Below, piece by piece: positions 32,752 to 42,224 of a stretch of DNA of 64,000 nt; position 1 is the stretch's first letter; every line of letters starts with the position of its first letter. The stretch lies in contig CAXXWQ010000003.1 of the NCBI GenBank assembly GCA_963674945.2, positions 1,440,001 through 1,504,000 on the forward strand, read 5' to 3'. The translations under genes were made by a program, and so were the position numbers. The stretch is from an uncultured Desulfosarcina sp. GTDB taxonomy: Bacteria > Desulfobacterota > Desulfobacteria > Desulfobacterales > Desulfosarcinaceae. Below the pieces are notes generated by a model. It had not been told where the DNA came from. It ran no database searches and saw only the letters and a list, made by a program, of their open reading frames with translations.

Positions 32752-32815
32752 TGTCAATAAAAAACTAACGATCGTTCGTTATTTTGTTGACAGGGGATAG
32801 ACGCCCTGCTATCAA
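32752..32815. promoter_or_regulatory. divergent promoter region with palindromic operator
   Basis: outward-facing TTGACA on both strands (32752-57 minus, 32787-92 plus, then 17 bp to TATCAA) enclosing AACT-AACGATCGTT-CGTT. Confidence 0.6.
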
Positions 32816-32884
32816 CATTTGGCAAATGAGCGGGTGTATAAGCGAACAATCCGCATACGCTTTACGATGAGTGGATAAAACGTC

Positions 32885-33595
32885 ATGAGTGAAATCTATC
32901 TGTTCAGGCATGGCCAGGCCTGTTTCGGAACGAAAAATTACGACAGGCTGTCTCCCACCGGCGTTCGTCAGTCTGAACTTCTCGCCAAATTCCTGGAAGG
33001 TAGTGACATCCACTTCGACGCCGTATACGCCGGTCGCATGAATCGACACGAAGAGACCGCACGACCGTTCTGTGACCGGTACGGAACCCGCCATTGTCAA
33101 CTGGCCCGACCGGAATTCACGGCCGCATTCGATGAATATGATTCCAGGGCCCTGCTTGTTGCCCGCAAACGCCGGCAAACCAATGGAGAAGAAGAGCGGA
33201 TCCGGTTAGCCGATCTTATGCGGGATACGAAAGCCTTTCAGGCCTACTTTGCCGAGACCGTTACCCGATGGGCGGAAGGTGAATTCGATGCCATGGAAGG
33301 TATCGAACCGTACCCTTTGTTTTGCAGGCGGGTCATGGACGGCATCGATGGGATCATGGAGAGACACGGCAACGGTCAGCGGATTGCGGTCTTCACCTCC
33401 GGCGGACCGATCTCCGTCGCGGTGAAAACCGCCCTCGTGCTTTCCGATGAGAAAGCAATCGAGGTCAGCTGGCAAATCATGAACGCCTCGCTGACCTGTT
33501 TGAAATACAGCGGACAAAAATTGGCATTGTCGATTCTTAACAGCGTGACGCATCTGTGGAGGGAAAAGGATCCCAGTTTGATCACGTATCGATAA
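32885..33595 (+). CDS. histidine phosphatase (phosphoglycerate mutase-like) family protein
   Basis: LFRHGQA..YDRLS, FDEYD, VFTSGGPI. Confidence 0.9.
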   Translation: MSEIYLFRHGQACFGTKNYDRLSPTGVRQSELLAKFLEGSDIHFDAVYAGRMNRHEETARPFCDRYGTRHCQLARPEFTAAFDEYDSRALLVARKRRQTNGEEERIRLADLMRDTKAFQAYFAETVTRWAEGEFDAMEGIEPYPLFCRRVMDGIDGIMERHGNGQRIAVFTSGGPISVAVKTALVLSDEKAIEVSWQIMNASLTCLKYSGQKLALSILNSVTHLWREKDPSLITYR

Positions 33596-33614
33596 GAGCC
33601 TTCAAGGAGAAACA

Positions 33615-34820
33615 ATGGATTTCACCATATCGGAAAAAATGCAGACGATTCTTGGGATGATGGACGAATTCGTCGCAAAGGAGTTGATCCCTTTGGAAAA
33701 GGAATTTCTGGCCGACCGGATGGACGACCTTCTGCCGGTGTTGGAAGAAAAACGGGCCATGGTCAAACAGATGGAGCTGTGGGCGCCGCTTCATCCCCCG
33801 GAGCACGGTGGCATGGGGCTGAAACTTTCCGAAAGTGCCTTGATCTTCGAAGCCCTCGGTCGAACGCCCCTGGGCCTGTATACCTTCGGATGCAACGCGC
33901 CGGACGCCGGTAACATCGAAATCCTGCACCAATTCGCAACCGGGTACCAGGTTGAACAATTTCTCGATCCACTGGTGAGAGGTGAAATCCGAAGCTGCTT
34001 TTCCATGACCGAGGTGGATATGCCCGGTTCCAACCCCGTGATGATGGAAACCACCGCCGTCAAGGACGGAGACGACTATGTCATCGACGGCCACAAGTGG
34101 TATACCACTTCGGCCGACGGGGCGGCATTCGCCATCGTCATGGCCGTCACGGACCCCGCGGCCCCTCCCCATCGGCAGGCCAGCATGATCATCGTTCCCA
34201 CGGACGCCCCCGGTTTCAACCTGGTGCGCAACATCCCCGTCATGGGCCATACCGGTAAGGGGTACTTCAGCCATGCGGAAATTTTGTATCAGCACTGCCG
34301 CGTTCCACAGAAAAACCTGCTCGGCGAGGAGGGCGCCGGTTTTGCCATTGCCCAGAGCCGACTGGGGCCCGGAAGAATTCACCACTGCATGCGCTGGATC
34401 GGCATCTGCAACCGCGCCTTTGATTTACTGTGTGCCCGTGCCCTGGAGCGGACCATCGCGCCGAACCGCAAGCTGTCCAGCAAACAAATCGTCCAGGCAT
34501 GGATCGCCGAAAGTGCCGCCGAAATCCAGGCGGCCCGTCTCATGGTGCTTCACGCCGCCTGGAAAATCGACCAGGTCGGGTCCAAAGCCGCACGAAAAGA
34601 GATCTCCTTGATCAAATTCGTGGTGGCCAACACCATGCAGCGGGTCGTCGATCGCGCCCTCCAGGTGTATGGGGGACTGGGAATGACCGACGATACGATT
34701 CTCGCCTACTTCTACCGTCACGAGCGGGCAGCCCGGATCTACGACGGCGCCGACGAGGTGCACAAGACGTCGGCGGCCAGGCAGATTCTGAAAACGTACG
34801 AAGGCAAAGCGGTAACCTAG
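33615..34820 (+). CDS. acyl-CoA dehydrogenase, ACAD10/11 (LvaC-like) clade
   Basis: CNAPDAGNIE, RSCFSMTE, RLGPGRIHHCMR, RIYDGADEVH (Asp at the usual catalytic Glu position). Confidence 0.9.
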   Translation: MDFTISEKMQTILGMMDEFVAKELIPLEKEFLADRMDDLLPVLEEKRAMVKQMELWAPLHPPEHGGMGLKLSESALIFEALGRTPLGLYTFGCNAPDAGNIEILHQFATGYQVEQFLDPLVRGEIRSCFSMTEVDMPGSNPVMMETTAVKDGDDYVIDGHKWYTTSADGAAFAIVMAVTDPAAPPHRQASMIIVPTDAPGFNLVRNIPVMGHTGKGYFSHAEILYQHCRVPQKNLLGEEGAGFAIAQSRLGPGRIHHCMRWIGICNRAFDLLCARALERTIAPNRKLSSKQIVQAWIAESAAEIQAARLMVLHAAWKIDQVGSKAARKEISLIKFVVANTMQRVVDRALQVYGGLGMTDDTILAYFYRHERAARIYDGADEVHKTSAARQILKTYEGKAVT

Positions 34821-34827
34821 TGGCAAG

Positions 34828-35526
34828 GTGCAAACGATGAATTTCTCAAAATTTGCCGAACAGGTCAATGAACGAAAGCAGGACCATTTTTTGGAGCTGT
34901 TTGCCGAAAACCGCCAGTCGTTCCAGATCAAGAAAGAGAAGACCATCGCCAAAAACCTGGAACGGATCTTTGCCGCCACACTGAAAATCAGCAATGAAAA
35001 GGGTTTTCATGCCATGAGCATGCGGGACCTGAGCAAAGAGACCAACCTGAGCACCGGCGCCTTGTATAACTATTTCAGCGGAAAGGAGGATCTGCTGAAA
35101 ATGATGCAGGCCCAGCGGCGTGCCATCACCCACCACTTTCTGATATCACACATCGAGGCTGCGAAAACACCGGTGGAAAAACTGCGAACGGCGGTAACAA
35201 CGCATCTGTATCTGAGTGAAATCATGCAGCCATGGTTTTACTTCTCCTATATGGAAGCCAAAAACCTCTATCCGGAGGAACGAAAAGCCGCCGTTCAGTC
35301 GGAACTGAACTCAGAGAAGATGTTTACGGACATTCTCGAAAAAGGTTGCCGCCAGGGTGTATTCGCGTGCGACGACTGCCAGATGACCGCCAGCCTGATC
35401 AAGGCAATGCTTCAGGACTGGTACCTGAAGCGTCCCAAATACGTCCGCCGAAAAGTCTCCGTGAGTCAGTACAGCCGTTTCGTCATTGCCTTTCTGGAAA
35501 AGAATCTGCTGACAAAGGGAAAATGA
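34828..35526 (+). CDS. TetR/AcrR family regulator
   Basis: GFHAMSMRDLSKETNLSTGALYNYFSGKEDLL. Confidence 0.93.
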   Translation: MQTMNFSKFAEQVNERKQDHFLELFAENRQSFQIKKEKTIAKNLERIFAATLKISNEKGFHAMSMRDLSKETNLSTGALYNYFSGKEDLLKMMQAQRRAITHHFLISHIEAAKTPVEKLRTAVTTHLYLSEIMQPWFYFSYMEAKNLYPEERKAAVQSELNSEKMFTDILEKGCRQGVFACDDCQMTASLIKAMLQDWYLKRPKYVRRKVSVSQYSRFVIAFLEKNLLTKGK

Positions 35527-36593
35527 TGGAATACCGTGACCAACCAAAGGCCATAAGAGAGGGAGAAACGCTCCCTGTAGATCGAATCGAAGGCTTTTTG
35601 CAGGACACCATATCGGGGCTCAACGGCAGTCTGATTTTGCAGCAGTTTCCCAGCGGCGCTTCCAACCTCACCTATCTGGCGGCATTCGAGAATCGGCAGA
35701 TGGTTCTTCGTTGCCCACCCCATGGAACAAAGGCGGCATCCGCCCACGATATGGGACGGGAGTTCAAGGTGCTCTCCGCCCTTGGCGGCCACTGGCCCTA
35801 TGCACCACGCCCACTCGCCTACACCGACGACGAATCGATCATCGGATGCCCTTTCTATGTCATGGAACGCATCGAAGGCATTATCCTTAGAAGGGAAATC
35901 CCGGACGGATTATACACGCATTCTTCCCAGCTGCGCACTCTTTTCGAAAAATTCGTAGAAGTATTGTACGAACTTCATTCCCTGGATTACCGGAGAATCG
36001 GCCTTGGCGATCTGGGGCGGCCCGACGGGTATGTACAGCGGCAGGTAGCCGGATGGAGCAAACGATATCGGAAGGCACGCACGCCGGATGTTCCGGATTG
36101 CGAAAGGGTCATGGCCTGGCTCGAGGAGAAGATGCCGCCGGAGACAGAATCGCCGACCATCATCCACAATGACTACAAACTCGACAACATCGTTTTGGAT
36201 GCCAATGATCCATTGAAAATCATCGGTGTCCTGGACTGGGAGATGACGACAATCGGCGATCCGTTGATGGACCTGGGTGGGACCCTGGGATACTGGGTAG
36301 AAAAAGACGATCCCGCGGAGCGACACCTGTTGCGCCCCATGCCGACGCATCTCGACGGCGCGTTGCGTCGAAGGGAGTTTGTCGCGTACTATGGCCGGAT
36401 GTCCGGCCGGCGGATGGACCATTTCGACTTTTATCTCTGCTTTGGCATCTTTCGGCTGATTGTAATCGTTCAACAGATCTACTACCGGTACTATCACGGA
36501 CAGACGAACAATCCCCGCTTTAAAAAATATGCCGCCGGTTTGCCGGTCCTGGAGCGCGCTGCAAGGCGGATCATCGAACGATCCGATCTATAA
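35523..36593 (+). CDS. APH-family phosphotransferase (ACAD10/11 kinase / LvaA-like)
   Basis: SGASNLTY, AHDMGREF, PFYVMERIEG, HNDYKLDN, VLDWE, GDPLMDLG; start overlaps the TetR stop (ATGA). Confidence 0.92.
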   Translation: MMEYRDQPKAIREGETLPVDRIEGFLQDTISGLNGSLILQQFPSGASNLTYLAAFENRQMVLRCPPHGTKAASAHDMGREFKVLSALGGHWPYAPRPLAYTDDESIIGCPFYVMERIEGIILRREIPDGLYTHSSQLRTLFEKFVEVLYELHSLDYRRIGLGDLGRPDGYVQRQVAGWSKRYRKARTPDVPDCERVMAWLEEKMPPETESPTIIHNDYKLDNIVLDANDPLKIIGVLDWEMTTIGDPLMDLGGTLGYWVEKDDPAERHLLRPMPTHLDGALRRREFVAYYGRMSGRRMDHFDFYLCFGIFRLIVIVQQIYYRYYHGQTNNPRFKKYAAGLPVLERAARRIIERSDL

Positions 36594-36623
36594 TCATCGG
36601 CTTGAGAATAAAAGAATCGCATT

Positions 36624-37496
36624 GTGAGAACTTACAAAATAACGGTCCCCCGGGGAACCTTCAACATTCGTGAAAACGAGAACAAAGACGGCCTGCCCTT
36701 GGTCATGCTGCACGGATGGCCGGAGAGTTCCTACTGCTGGGAGGCGGTCGCTGCATCTCTCGATCCGGCCTTTCGGGTTATCGCGCCCGACTTGCGGGGC
36801 CTGGGCGACAGCGAGCGAACCCTGGATGTCAGGGCCTACCGAAAAGTGGCGCTGGCCAGGGACATCATCAAGGTCCTGGACGCCCTTAGAATCGACACCT
36901 TCTTTCTCGCAGGACACGACTGGGGCGGGATCGTTGCCCAGGAACTGGCCCTGCTGGCACCCCAGCGGGTGAAACGACTGGCGATCATGAACATCCCCGT
37001 GCTCACCAACCCCAAAGGAACGCAAAAGGCGCGCAAGATCATATTCGACAATGGCGGCATCCCCTTCTGGTATCAATATTTCCAGCAGCAACCCGTGTTG
37101 CCCGAAGCCATGATCAAAGGCAACGAAGAGGTCTGGATCCGCTATTTTTTCGGCAGAGCCGGCCTGGAGGGAAAAATCCCGGCCGAGGCCATCGCCGAAT
37201 ATATCCGGTGCTACAGCATCGAAAACACCCCTGCCACCGGTGCCTCTTACTACCGCACCATGGGACGGGACAACCGACACTGGGCCACCATTGCCCAAAA
37301 GAAATTTCCCATGCCCGGCCTGTATATCCACGGCATGGAGGATATCGTTATCATCCCGGCCTTCATGGACCACATCGAAGAGGGTTTCGATTCCATCCAG
37401 GTGGCGACCATCGACGCCGGCCATTTCGTTCAGGAGGAAAAGCCCCGGGAAGTGGCGATGCTGCTGAACGATTTCTTCATGAAGGAGAAGCGTTGA
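36624..37496 (+). CDS. alpha/beta hydrolase, epoxide hydrolase/haloacetate dehalogenase-like
   Basis: LHGWPE, PDLRGLGDS, GHDWGG (Asp nucleophile), AGHFVQEE. Confidence 0.9.
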   Translation: MRTYKITVPRGTFNIRENENKDGLPLVMLHGWPESSYCWEAVAASLDPAFRVIAPDLRGLGDSERTLDVRAYRKVALARDIIKVLDALRIDTFFLAGHDWGGIVAQELALLAPQRVKRLAIMNIPVLTNPKGTQKARKIIFDNGGIPFWYQYFQQQPVLPEAMIKGNEEVWIRYFFGRAGLEGKIPAEAIAEYIRCYSIENTPATGASYYRTMGRDNRHWATIAQKKFPMPGLYIHGMEDIVIIPAFMDHIEEGFDSIQVATIDAGHFVQEEKPREVAMLLNDFFMKEKR

Positions 37497-37605
37497 TAGG
37501 ATTGGCACCCGACGCAACGGGGGTCCGTTCACATTGCTTTCATCGGCGGCAGAGAACAACGAAAAGCCGTTTGTCATAGGAAACCTGCTCAAATTCGAAT
37601 CCGAT

Positions 37606-37692
37606 GTCGCCTCGATCCACCAATTACAATATAAGGATCGAGCCGAAGGCGAATACCTGATTCTGGATTCTGGCTTCTGACTCCTGGATTCT
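37606..37692. repeat. partial copy of a dispersed heptamer-arm repeat element
   Basis: TTCTGGATTCTGGCTTCTGACTCCTGGATTCT matches 61005-61036 at 30/32; also shares GAGCCxAAGGCGAAT and GTCGCxTCGxTCCA. Confidence 0.75.
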
Positions 37693-37779
37693 TGCAACAA
37701 GCATACGACAGCACAAATATACGCTGACTGGTCCAGAGGACTCGATTTTCCATACCTCAACAAAAAACTGGAGGACAAC

Positions 37780-38961
37780 ATGGCAAAACCCGTTTTGCGT
37801 ACACCCCTTTGCGACATGCTCGGCATCGAATATCCCATCCTCAGTGCTGGAATGGGACCTACGCTGATTGGCGAAAAAGCCGGTGCGCCGGTGGAACTCG
37901 TGGTGGCGGTTTCCGAAGCCGGCGGCCTGGGGGTTCTGGGCGGCAGCGGTTTCACGGTGGATGAACTTCGTGACGCCATCCGGGAAATCAAGGCCCAGAC
38001 CGACAAACCCTATGGTGTCGATTTACTTCTTCCCAAATTCGTCGATACGGGCGGCACAGGCGGCCAGGTCGATGAAATACCATTAAGTGAGGTGTTGAAA
38101 ACCCTGCCGCAGTCCCATCAGGACTGGATCAATAAGGTGAAGGAAGAGATGGGGCTGCCCGATGCGAAAGTGATGGTTCGCCGGAACACTACGGTAAGGC
38201 GGCCCAAGGAGTCGGTACAGGTCTGCCTGGAAGAACGTGTGCCGCTATTTTGCGCGGGCCTGGGCAACCCCGGATTCATGGTGGCCGATGCCCACGACAG
38301 GGGCATGAAAGTATTGGGCATCACCGGAAACGCAAAGAATGCCAGACGCATGGCCGACTCGGGCATTGACCTTCTCGTGGCCCAGGGGCACGAAGGCGGT
38401 GGTCACACCGGCCGCATCGGCACCATGGCCCTTCTGCCCGCGGCCATCGATGCCGCCGCACCGGTTCCCGTGCTGGCCGCCGGGGGCATCGGCGACGGCC
38501 GCGGTGTCGCGGCCTCCTTGGCCATGGGATGCATCGGCGTATGGGTCGGCACCCGTTTTCTGGCCACCGACGAGGGTGGCGCACTTCCCGTCAACAAGCA
38601 GCGCATCATCTCCTCCAATGATGAAGACACACGGGTCAGCACGGCCTATACCGGAAAAACCCTGCGTGCCAGCTACAACAAGTACCATGATCTGTGGGCC
38701 GAATCCGGCCTGGATCCCCTGCCCTTTCCCACCCAGGTGATGATCTCTTCGGCCCTGCTCGCGGCCTTTGTGGAGGCGAACAAGGACGACTACGTGGGCG
38801 GCCTGGCTGGTCAGGTATCGGGGATCATCCACGAGATCAAACCGGCGAAAACCGTAGTGGAAGAAATGGTGGCGGAGACGGTGGACATTCTCTCCCGCAA
38901 GTTGCCGGAAACAGTGAGACTTAAATCCGGCGACCCGACCCTTGACAATAGAACAATATGA
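37780..38961 (+). CDS. nitronate monooxygenase / FabK-like FMN oxidoreductase
   Basis: LGIEYPILSAGMG, AQGHEGGGHTG, AAGGIGDGRG, WVGTRF; GGAGG RBS. Confidence 0.92.
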   Translation: MAKPVLRTPLCDMLGIEYPILSAGMGPTLIGEKAGAPVELVVAVSEAGGLGVLGGSGFTVDELRDAIREIKAQTDKPYGVDLLLPKFVDTGGTGGQVDEIPLSEVLKTLPQSHQDWINKVKEEMGLPDAKVMVRRNTTVRRPKESVQVCLEERVPLFCAGLGNPGFMVADAHDRGMKVLGITGNAKNARRMADSGIDLLVAQGHEGGGHTGRIGTMALLPAAIDAAAPVPVLAAGGIGDGRGVAASLAMGCIGVWVGTRFLATDEGGALPVNKQRIISSNDEDTRVSTAYTGKTLRASYNKYHDLWAESGLDPLPFPTQVMISSALLAAFVEANKDDYVGGLAGQVSGIIHEIKPAKTVVEEMVAETVDILSRKLPETVRLKSGDPTLDNRTI

Positions 38962-38984
38962 TGTATATGTGTGATGTATACATC
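38942..38984 (+). promoter_or_regulatory. vapBC promoter/operator
   Basis: TTGACA at 38942; TGATGTATA twice; palindrome GATGTATACATC at 38973-38984. Confidence 0.55.
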
Positions 38985-39002
38985 TAAATCATGAGGTGCT
39001 GT

Positions 39003-39233
39003 ATGATACGAACCCAAATCTATCTTACTGATAAGCAGCGCGCGGAACTTGCCGTAATTGCAAAAAATATGGGGAAAAAGCAAAGTGAAATCATTCGTGA
39101 AGCGATAGATCGTCTTATTGAGCAAACCGGGCAAAACCAAAAAAAAAGGGTGTTGCGAGAAGCTGCTGGAATCTGGAAAAATAGAGACGATCTTCCTGAT
39201 TTCAGATCAATACGATCTGAATGGGATAGGTAG
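39003..39233 (+). CDS. vapB: ribbon-helix-helix (CopG-like) antitoxin
   Basis: MIRTQIYL..SEIIREAID..AAGIWK; directly upstream of a PIN toxin. Confidence 0.85.
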   Translation: MIRTQIYLTDKQRAELAVIAKNMGKKQSEIIREAIDRLIEQTGQNQKKRVLREAAGIWKNRDDLPDFRSIRSEWDR

Positions 39234-39238
39234 TTGGC

Positions 39239-39622
39239 ATGTCGAACGCGATACTTGTAGATACCGACGTATTGATTGATTTTTTGCGTGGCAACGATAA
39301 AGCCATTGCTTTTATAGATGAACTTTCTCCTCATATTATCCTTTCTCCAATAGTTATCGCTGAATTGTATGCAGCTGTGAAGGGAGTCGATGAATTGTCG
39401 GTATTAGACAATTTTGTCTCCCTTTTTCCCACGGCCCCAATAAATTCTGAGATTGCAAAAGCTGGAGGGCTATACAAACGTGATTTTGGCAAATCTCATG
39501 GAGTTGGACTGGCGGATGCAATTTTAGCTGCTACAGCCGATAAAGAAAATGCGGAATTAAAGACCCTGAAGGTAAAGCATTATCCTATGATTAAGGGATT
39601 AAAGCCAGCCTATAAAAAGTGA
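39239..39622 (+). CDS. vapC: PIN-domain toxin
   Basis: ILVDTDVLIDFLRG, IAEL, LADAILAATA. Confidence 0.92.
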   Translation: MSNAILVDTDVLIDFLRGNDKAIAFIDELSPHIILSPIVIAELYAAVKGVDELSVLDNFVSLFPTAPINSEIAKAGGLYKRDFGKSHGVGLADAILAATADKENAELKTLKVKHYPMIKGLKPAYKK

Positions 39623-39727
39623 GAAACAAAATGCAGTATTTTATGGAAGCATCTGCTTTCGTTAATTTCATAACCGTTTTGAAAATTTTCCGGTTTTTTT
39701 GCCCGGCTGGTGAAGCACACGTTCGAT

Positions 39728-41290
39728 TCAATACACAGGAAAAGCGTTGATGAACGAAATAAAAACAATCGATTTCCCAAAACGAATACCCAGTTTTTTC
39801 ATCCGATTTCTCAGCGTGCTTGGATTGATACCAAGGCAGGCGGCCGCTCCCTCCGGCCCGCTTACTCTTCCCCCGGTCTTTGACAGTATCCGGCGGATGT
39901 GCCCGGCAATGACATCATCGAGGTTGTCGGATGACGCCACGTGTCCCGCTGAGGCCGTCGCCCCCCGTACTGGACCAATACTGAAATGTGCGGGCGCCAA
40001 TGGTCCTGTCGGTTTGAGGATCAGGGCGCGTTCGATTACGTTCTGGAGTTCCCGCACGTTGCCCGGCCATTCGTATTCCATCATGAAGGCGGTTGTCCCC
40101 GGCACCAGGGTCGGGACCGTTGCCAGTTTCAGCTCCCTGGCCTTGAGGTTGATAAAGTGCTGAACCAAGGTCGGTATATCGGCCAGCCGTTCCCGCAAGG
40201 GGGGGATATAGATGGGAAACACATTGAGCCGGAACAACAGATCTTTGCGAAACAGGTTGTTTTGCACCATCTCGTCAAGGTTGCGGTTGGTGGCGGCGAT
40301 GATGCGAATATCCAAAGGGATGGTCTTGGCCCCGCCGACCCGCTCGATTTCCCTGGTTTGAAGAACGCGCAACAGCCGCACCTGGGCCGGTAGCGGCAGT
40401 TCCCCGATTTCATCCAGAAAAATCGTTCCCTGGTTGGCCCGTTCAAAACGGCCTCGTTTCTGGGAGAGGGCGCCGGTGAAAGCGCCCTTTTCGTGACCGA
40501 AAAGCTCGCTGTCCATGAGCGTGTCGGGGATGGCACCGCAATTGACGCCGACAAAGGGACCGCCGCTGCGGGTAGATGAGTAGTGGAGGGCATTGGCAAT
40601 GACGTCTTTGCCTGTACCGGTTTCCCCCAAGAGCAATACCGGGCTGTCCAGCGAGGCGACCTTCCGCACCTTTTGCATCACCTCCCGCAGCCCGTAGTTG
40701 GCTCCGACAATCTCGTCTCCGCTCAACCGACGCAGTTCCCCGTGCAGATATTGGTTATCATCGGCCAGTAGTTCGTTTAATCTGAGTACTTCCCGGTGTT
40801 TCAGCGTATTGGACATGGCGATGACCAGCGGGTCTTTCAGCTGCAATGCCATATCGAGGTGCCCTTCATTGAAACCTTCTGCTTTTTCGGTGGTAAAAAT
40901 CAGATACCCCAAGGTGTGTTTCTGGGATCTGAGCACCAGTACAATGATGGATGTGGTTTTCTGGTTGTGAAATTTGGACATTTCCTTGCTGACCGAGAAC
41001 GCTTGGGGATCGTCGATCAAATAGACATCCTTCTCCGGAGGCGGATTGCCGGCCCTTTTTCTAGCCTTTTCGGACAAGGGAGTCAGGATATCCAACTTCA
41101 CACATTCGGATTCATCGGCATAGGCGATTGTCCGCATGGACTCGTAATCCGTATCGTAGTACTGCAGATAAAGCTTTTCTACCGGCATGACATCCTTCAA
41201 AAGGATCAGTAGACGCTGCAAAGCCTCTTCGATCTCCAAGCTGCCGCAGATCCGCAGAATTGCCTGCCGAAAAAAATCATTGGGATCCAT
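39728..41290 (-). CDS. sigma54-dependent enhancer-binding activator (GAF-AAA+-HTH)
   Basis: GETGTGKD, ELFGHEKGAFTGA, FLDEIGE, WPGNVRELQN, C-terminal HTH. Confidence 0.95.
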   Translation of the reverse strand: MDPNDFFRQAILRICGSLEIEEALQRLLILLKDVMPVEKLYLQYYDTDYESMRTIAYADESECVKLDILTPLSEKARKRAGNPPPEKDVYLIDDPQAFSVSKEMSKFHNQKTTSIIVLVLRSQKHTLGYLIFTTEKAEGFNEGHLDMALQLKDPLVIAMSNTLKHREVLRLNELLADDNQYLHGELRRLSGDEIVGANYGLREVMQKVRKVASLDSPVLLLGETGTGKDVIANALHYSSTRSGGPFVGVNCGAIPDTLMDSELFGHEKGAFTGALSQKRGRFERANQGTIFLDEIGELPLPAQVRLLRVLQTREIERVGGAKTIPLDIRIIAATNRNLDEMVQNNLFRKDLLFRLNVFPIYIPPLRERLADIPTLVQHFINLKARELKLATVPTLVPGTTAFMMEYEWPGNVRELQNVIERALILKPTGPLAPAHFSIGPVRGATASAGHVASSDNLDDVIAGHIRRILSKTGGRVSGPEGAAACLGINPSTLRNRMKKLGIRFGKSIVFISFINAFPVY

Positions 41291-41311
41291 TGGATTTCCC
41301 TCCAGGCGGAT

Positions 41312-41380
41312 TTTGCCATATACGGCAAACAATACAAAAGTTATCGTATTTGGCAATGAAAATTTGCCATATCCGGCAAT
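41312..41380. promoter_or_regulatory. two palindromic upstream activator sequences
   Basis: TTTGCC-ATATAC-GGCAAA (41312-41329) and TTTGCC-ATATCC-GGCAAT (41363-41380). Confidence 0.7.
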
Positions 41381-41430
41381 TGTTTGCCCGCCATTTTGTT
41401 AACATTCTAATATTAATACCAATTCATTTT

Positions 41431-41446
41431 TGGCACGGTATTCGTA
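41431..41446 (+). promoter_or_regulatory. variant sigma54 promoter
   Basis: TGGCACGGTATTCGTA: perfect -24 TGGCAC, -12 GT instead of GC. Confidence 0.55.
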
Positions 41447-41511
41447 GAATGAATGACGACGGTCTAATTCAATGGATGAAATGGCAACAGAAAAATTTGT
41501 TGGGATTCATC

Positions 41512-41778
41512 ATGAACGACTACATTCTTAAAATGATCATCAGTGAACGACATCGCCAGATTTCAAGGGAAATTCGGAATTCTTGGCAGTTACATACTTG
41601 CCCGAAACCAGATCGTAAAAACGATATAGCGGTGCTTTTACCTAAATTGTGCTTAGGTTTTATTCAAGCGCTCCTGCCTTGCCCGTGTAGCGGCGACAGG
41701 ACAGCAGTCTCCATGGGAGGAGAAGAACATGCAATGGATCGAATTAATCGGGGTTCGCTCCGCAGCCGGCAATCATGA
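41512..41778 (+). CDS. hypothetical protein
   Basis: first ATG ORF downstream of the sigma54 promoter (MNDYILKMIISERHRQI); weak RBS. Confidence 0.4.
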   Translation: MNDYILKMIISERHRQISREIRNSWQLHTCPKPDRKNDIAVLLPKLCLGFIQALLPCPCSGDRTAVSMGGEEHAMDRINRGSLRSRQS

Positions 41779-42061
41779 GCGACTGGAAGAAAAACTGCGG
41801 GACTTCCTCCGTAAAATGCAACGTGGCGACGTGACACGAACGATTCACATCCTTCGACGGTTGTCCGTTGAGTCGGATCTGTGTGTCTATCTGCTCCACG
41901 ATTCAAAAAAGGCGGAACCCAGCGGAAGCCGACTTGGCTTGCACCTGGCCAGTGAACTGAAAGCCTTTGGTTTGGTGCACCACAGCATTTGGGAAAAAAT
42001 GCAGGGCAAACGCAAGGAATCGGAATCATCCATAGAAAATCCGAAATCCGCGTTTCATTAA
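41729..42061 (+). CDS. hypothetical protein
   Basis: GGAGGAG RBS; MQWIELIGVRS..LKAFGLVHHSIW. Confidence 0.75.
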   Translation: MQWIELIGVRSAAGNHERLEEKLRDFLRKMQRGDVTRTIHILRRLSVESDLCVYLLHDSKKAEPSGSRLGLHLASELKAFGLVHHSIWEKMQGKRKESESSIENPKSAFH

Positions 42062-42076
42062 AAGAGGAGGTGAATC

Positions 42077-42214
42077 ATGGGCTATCAGAAAATAGTTCCA
42101 ACCTATCTGTTACTATTGATTGGAGCGATCATTGCCGTATTGACAACAGGATGTCCGCTGCAGCCAATGGTCAAACCCGCGCCGAACAGGGTGATCGTCT
42201 CACAATTGGGGTAA
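42077..42214 (+). CDS. 45-aa putative lipoprotein (not in the ORF track)
   Basis: AGAGGAGGTG RBS; MGYQKIVPTYLLLLIGAIIAVLTTGC lipobox. Confidence 0.6.
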   Translation: MGYQKIVPTYLLLLIGAIIAVLTTGCPLQPMVKPAPNRVIVSQLG

Positions 42215-42224
42215 AAGTCCTAAA

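Noticed and set aside
35232..35522. N-terminal extension of the kinase ORF
   Set aside because: Overlaps TetR out of frame; the ATGA-coupled start at 35523 is more plausible
36594..38006. 470-aa minus-strand ORF and other long antisense ORFs (e.g. 4948-6348, 26585-27817, 59088-60215)
   Set aside because: Shadows of well-supported genes on the opposite strand in GC-rich DNA
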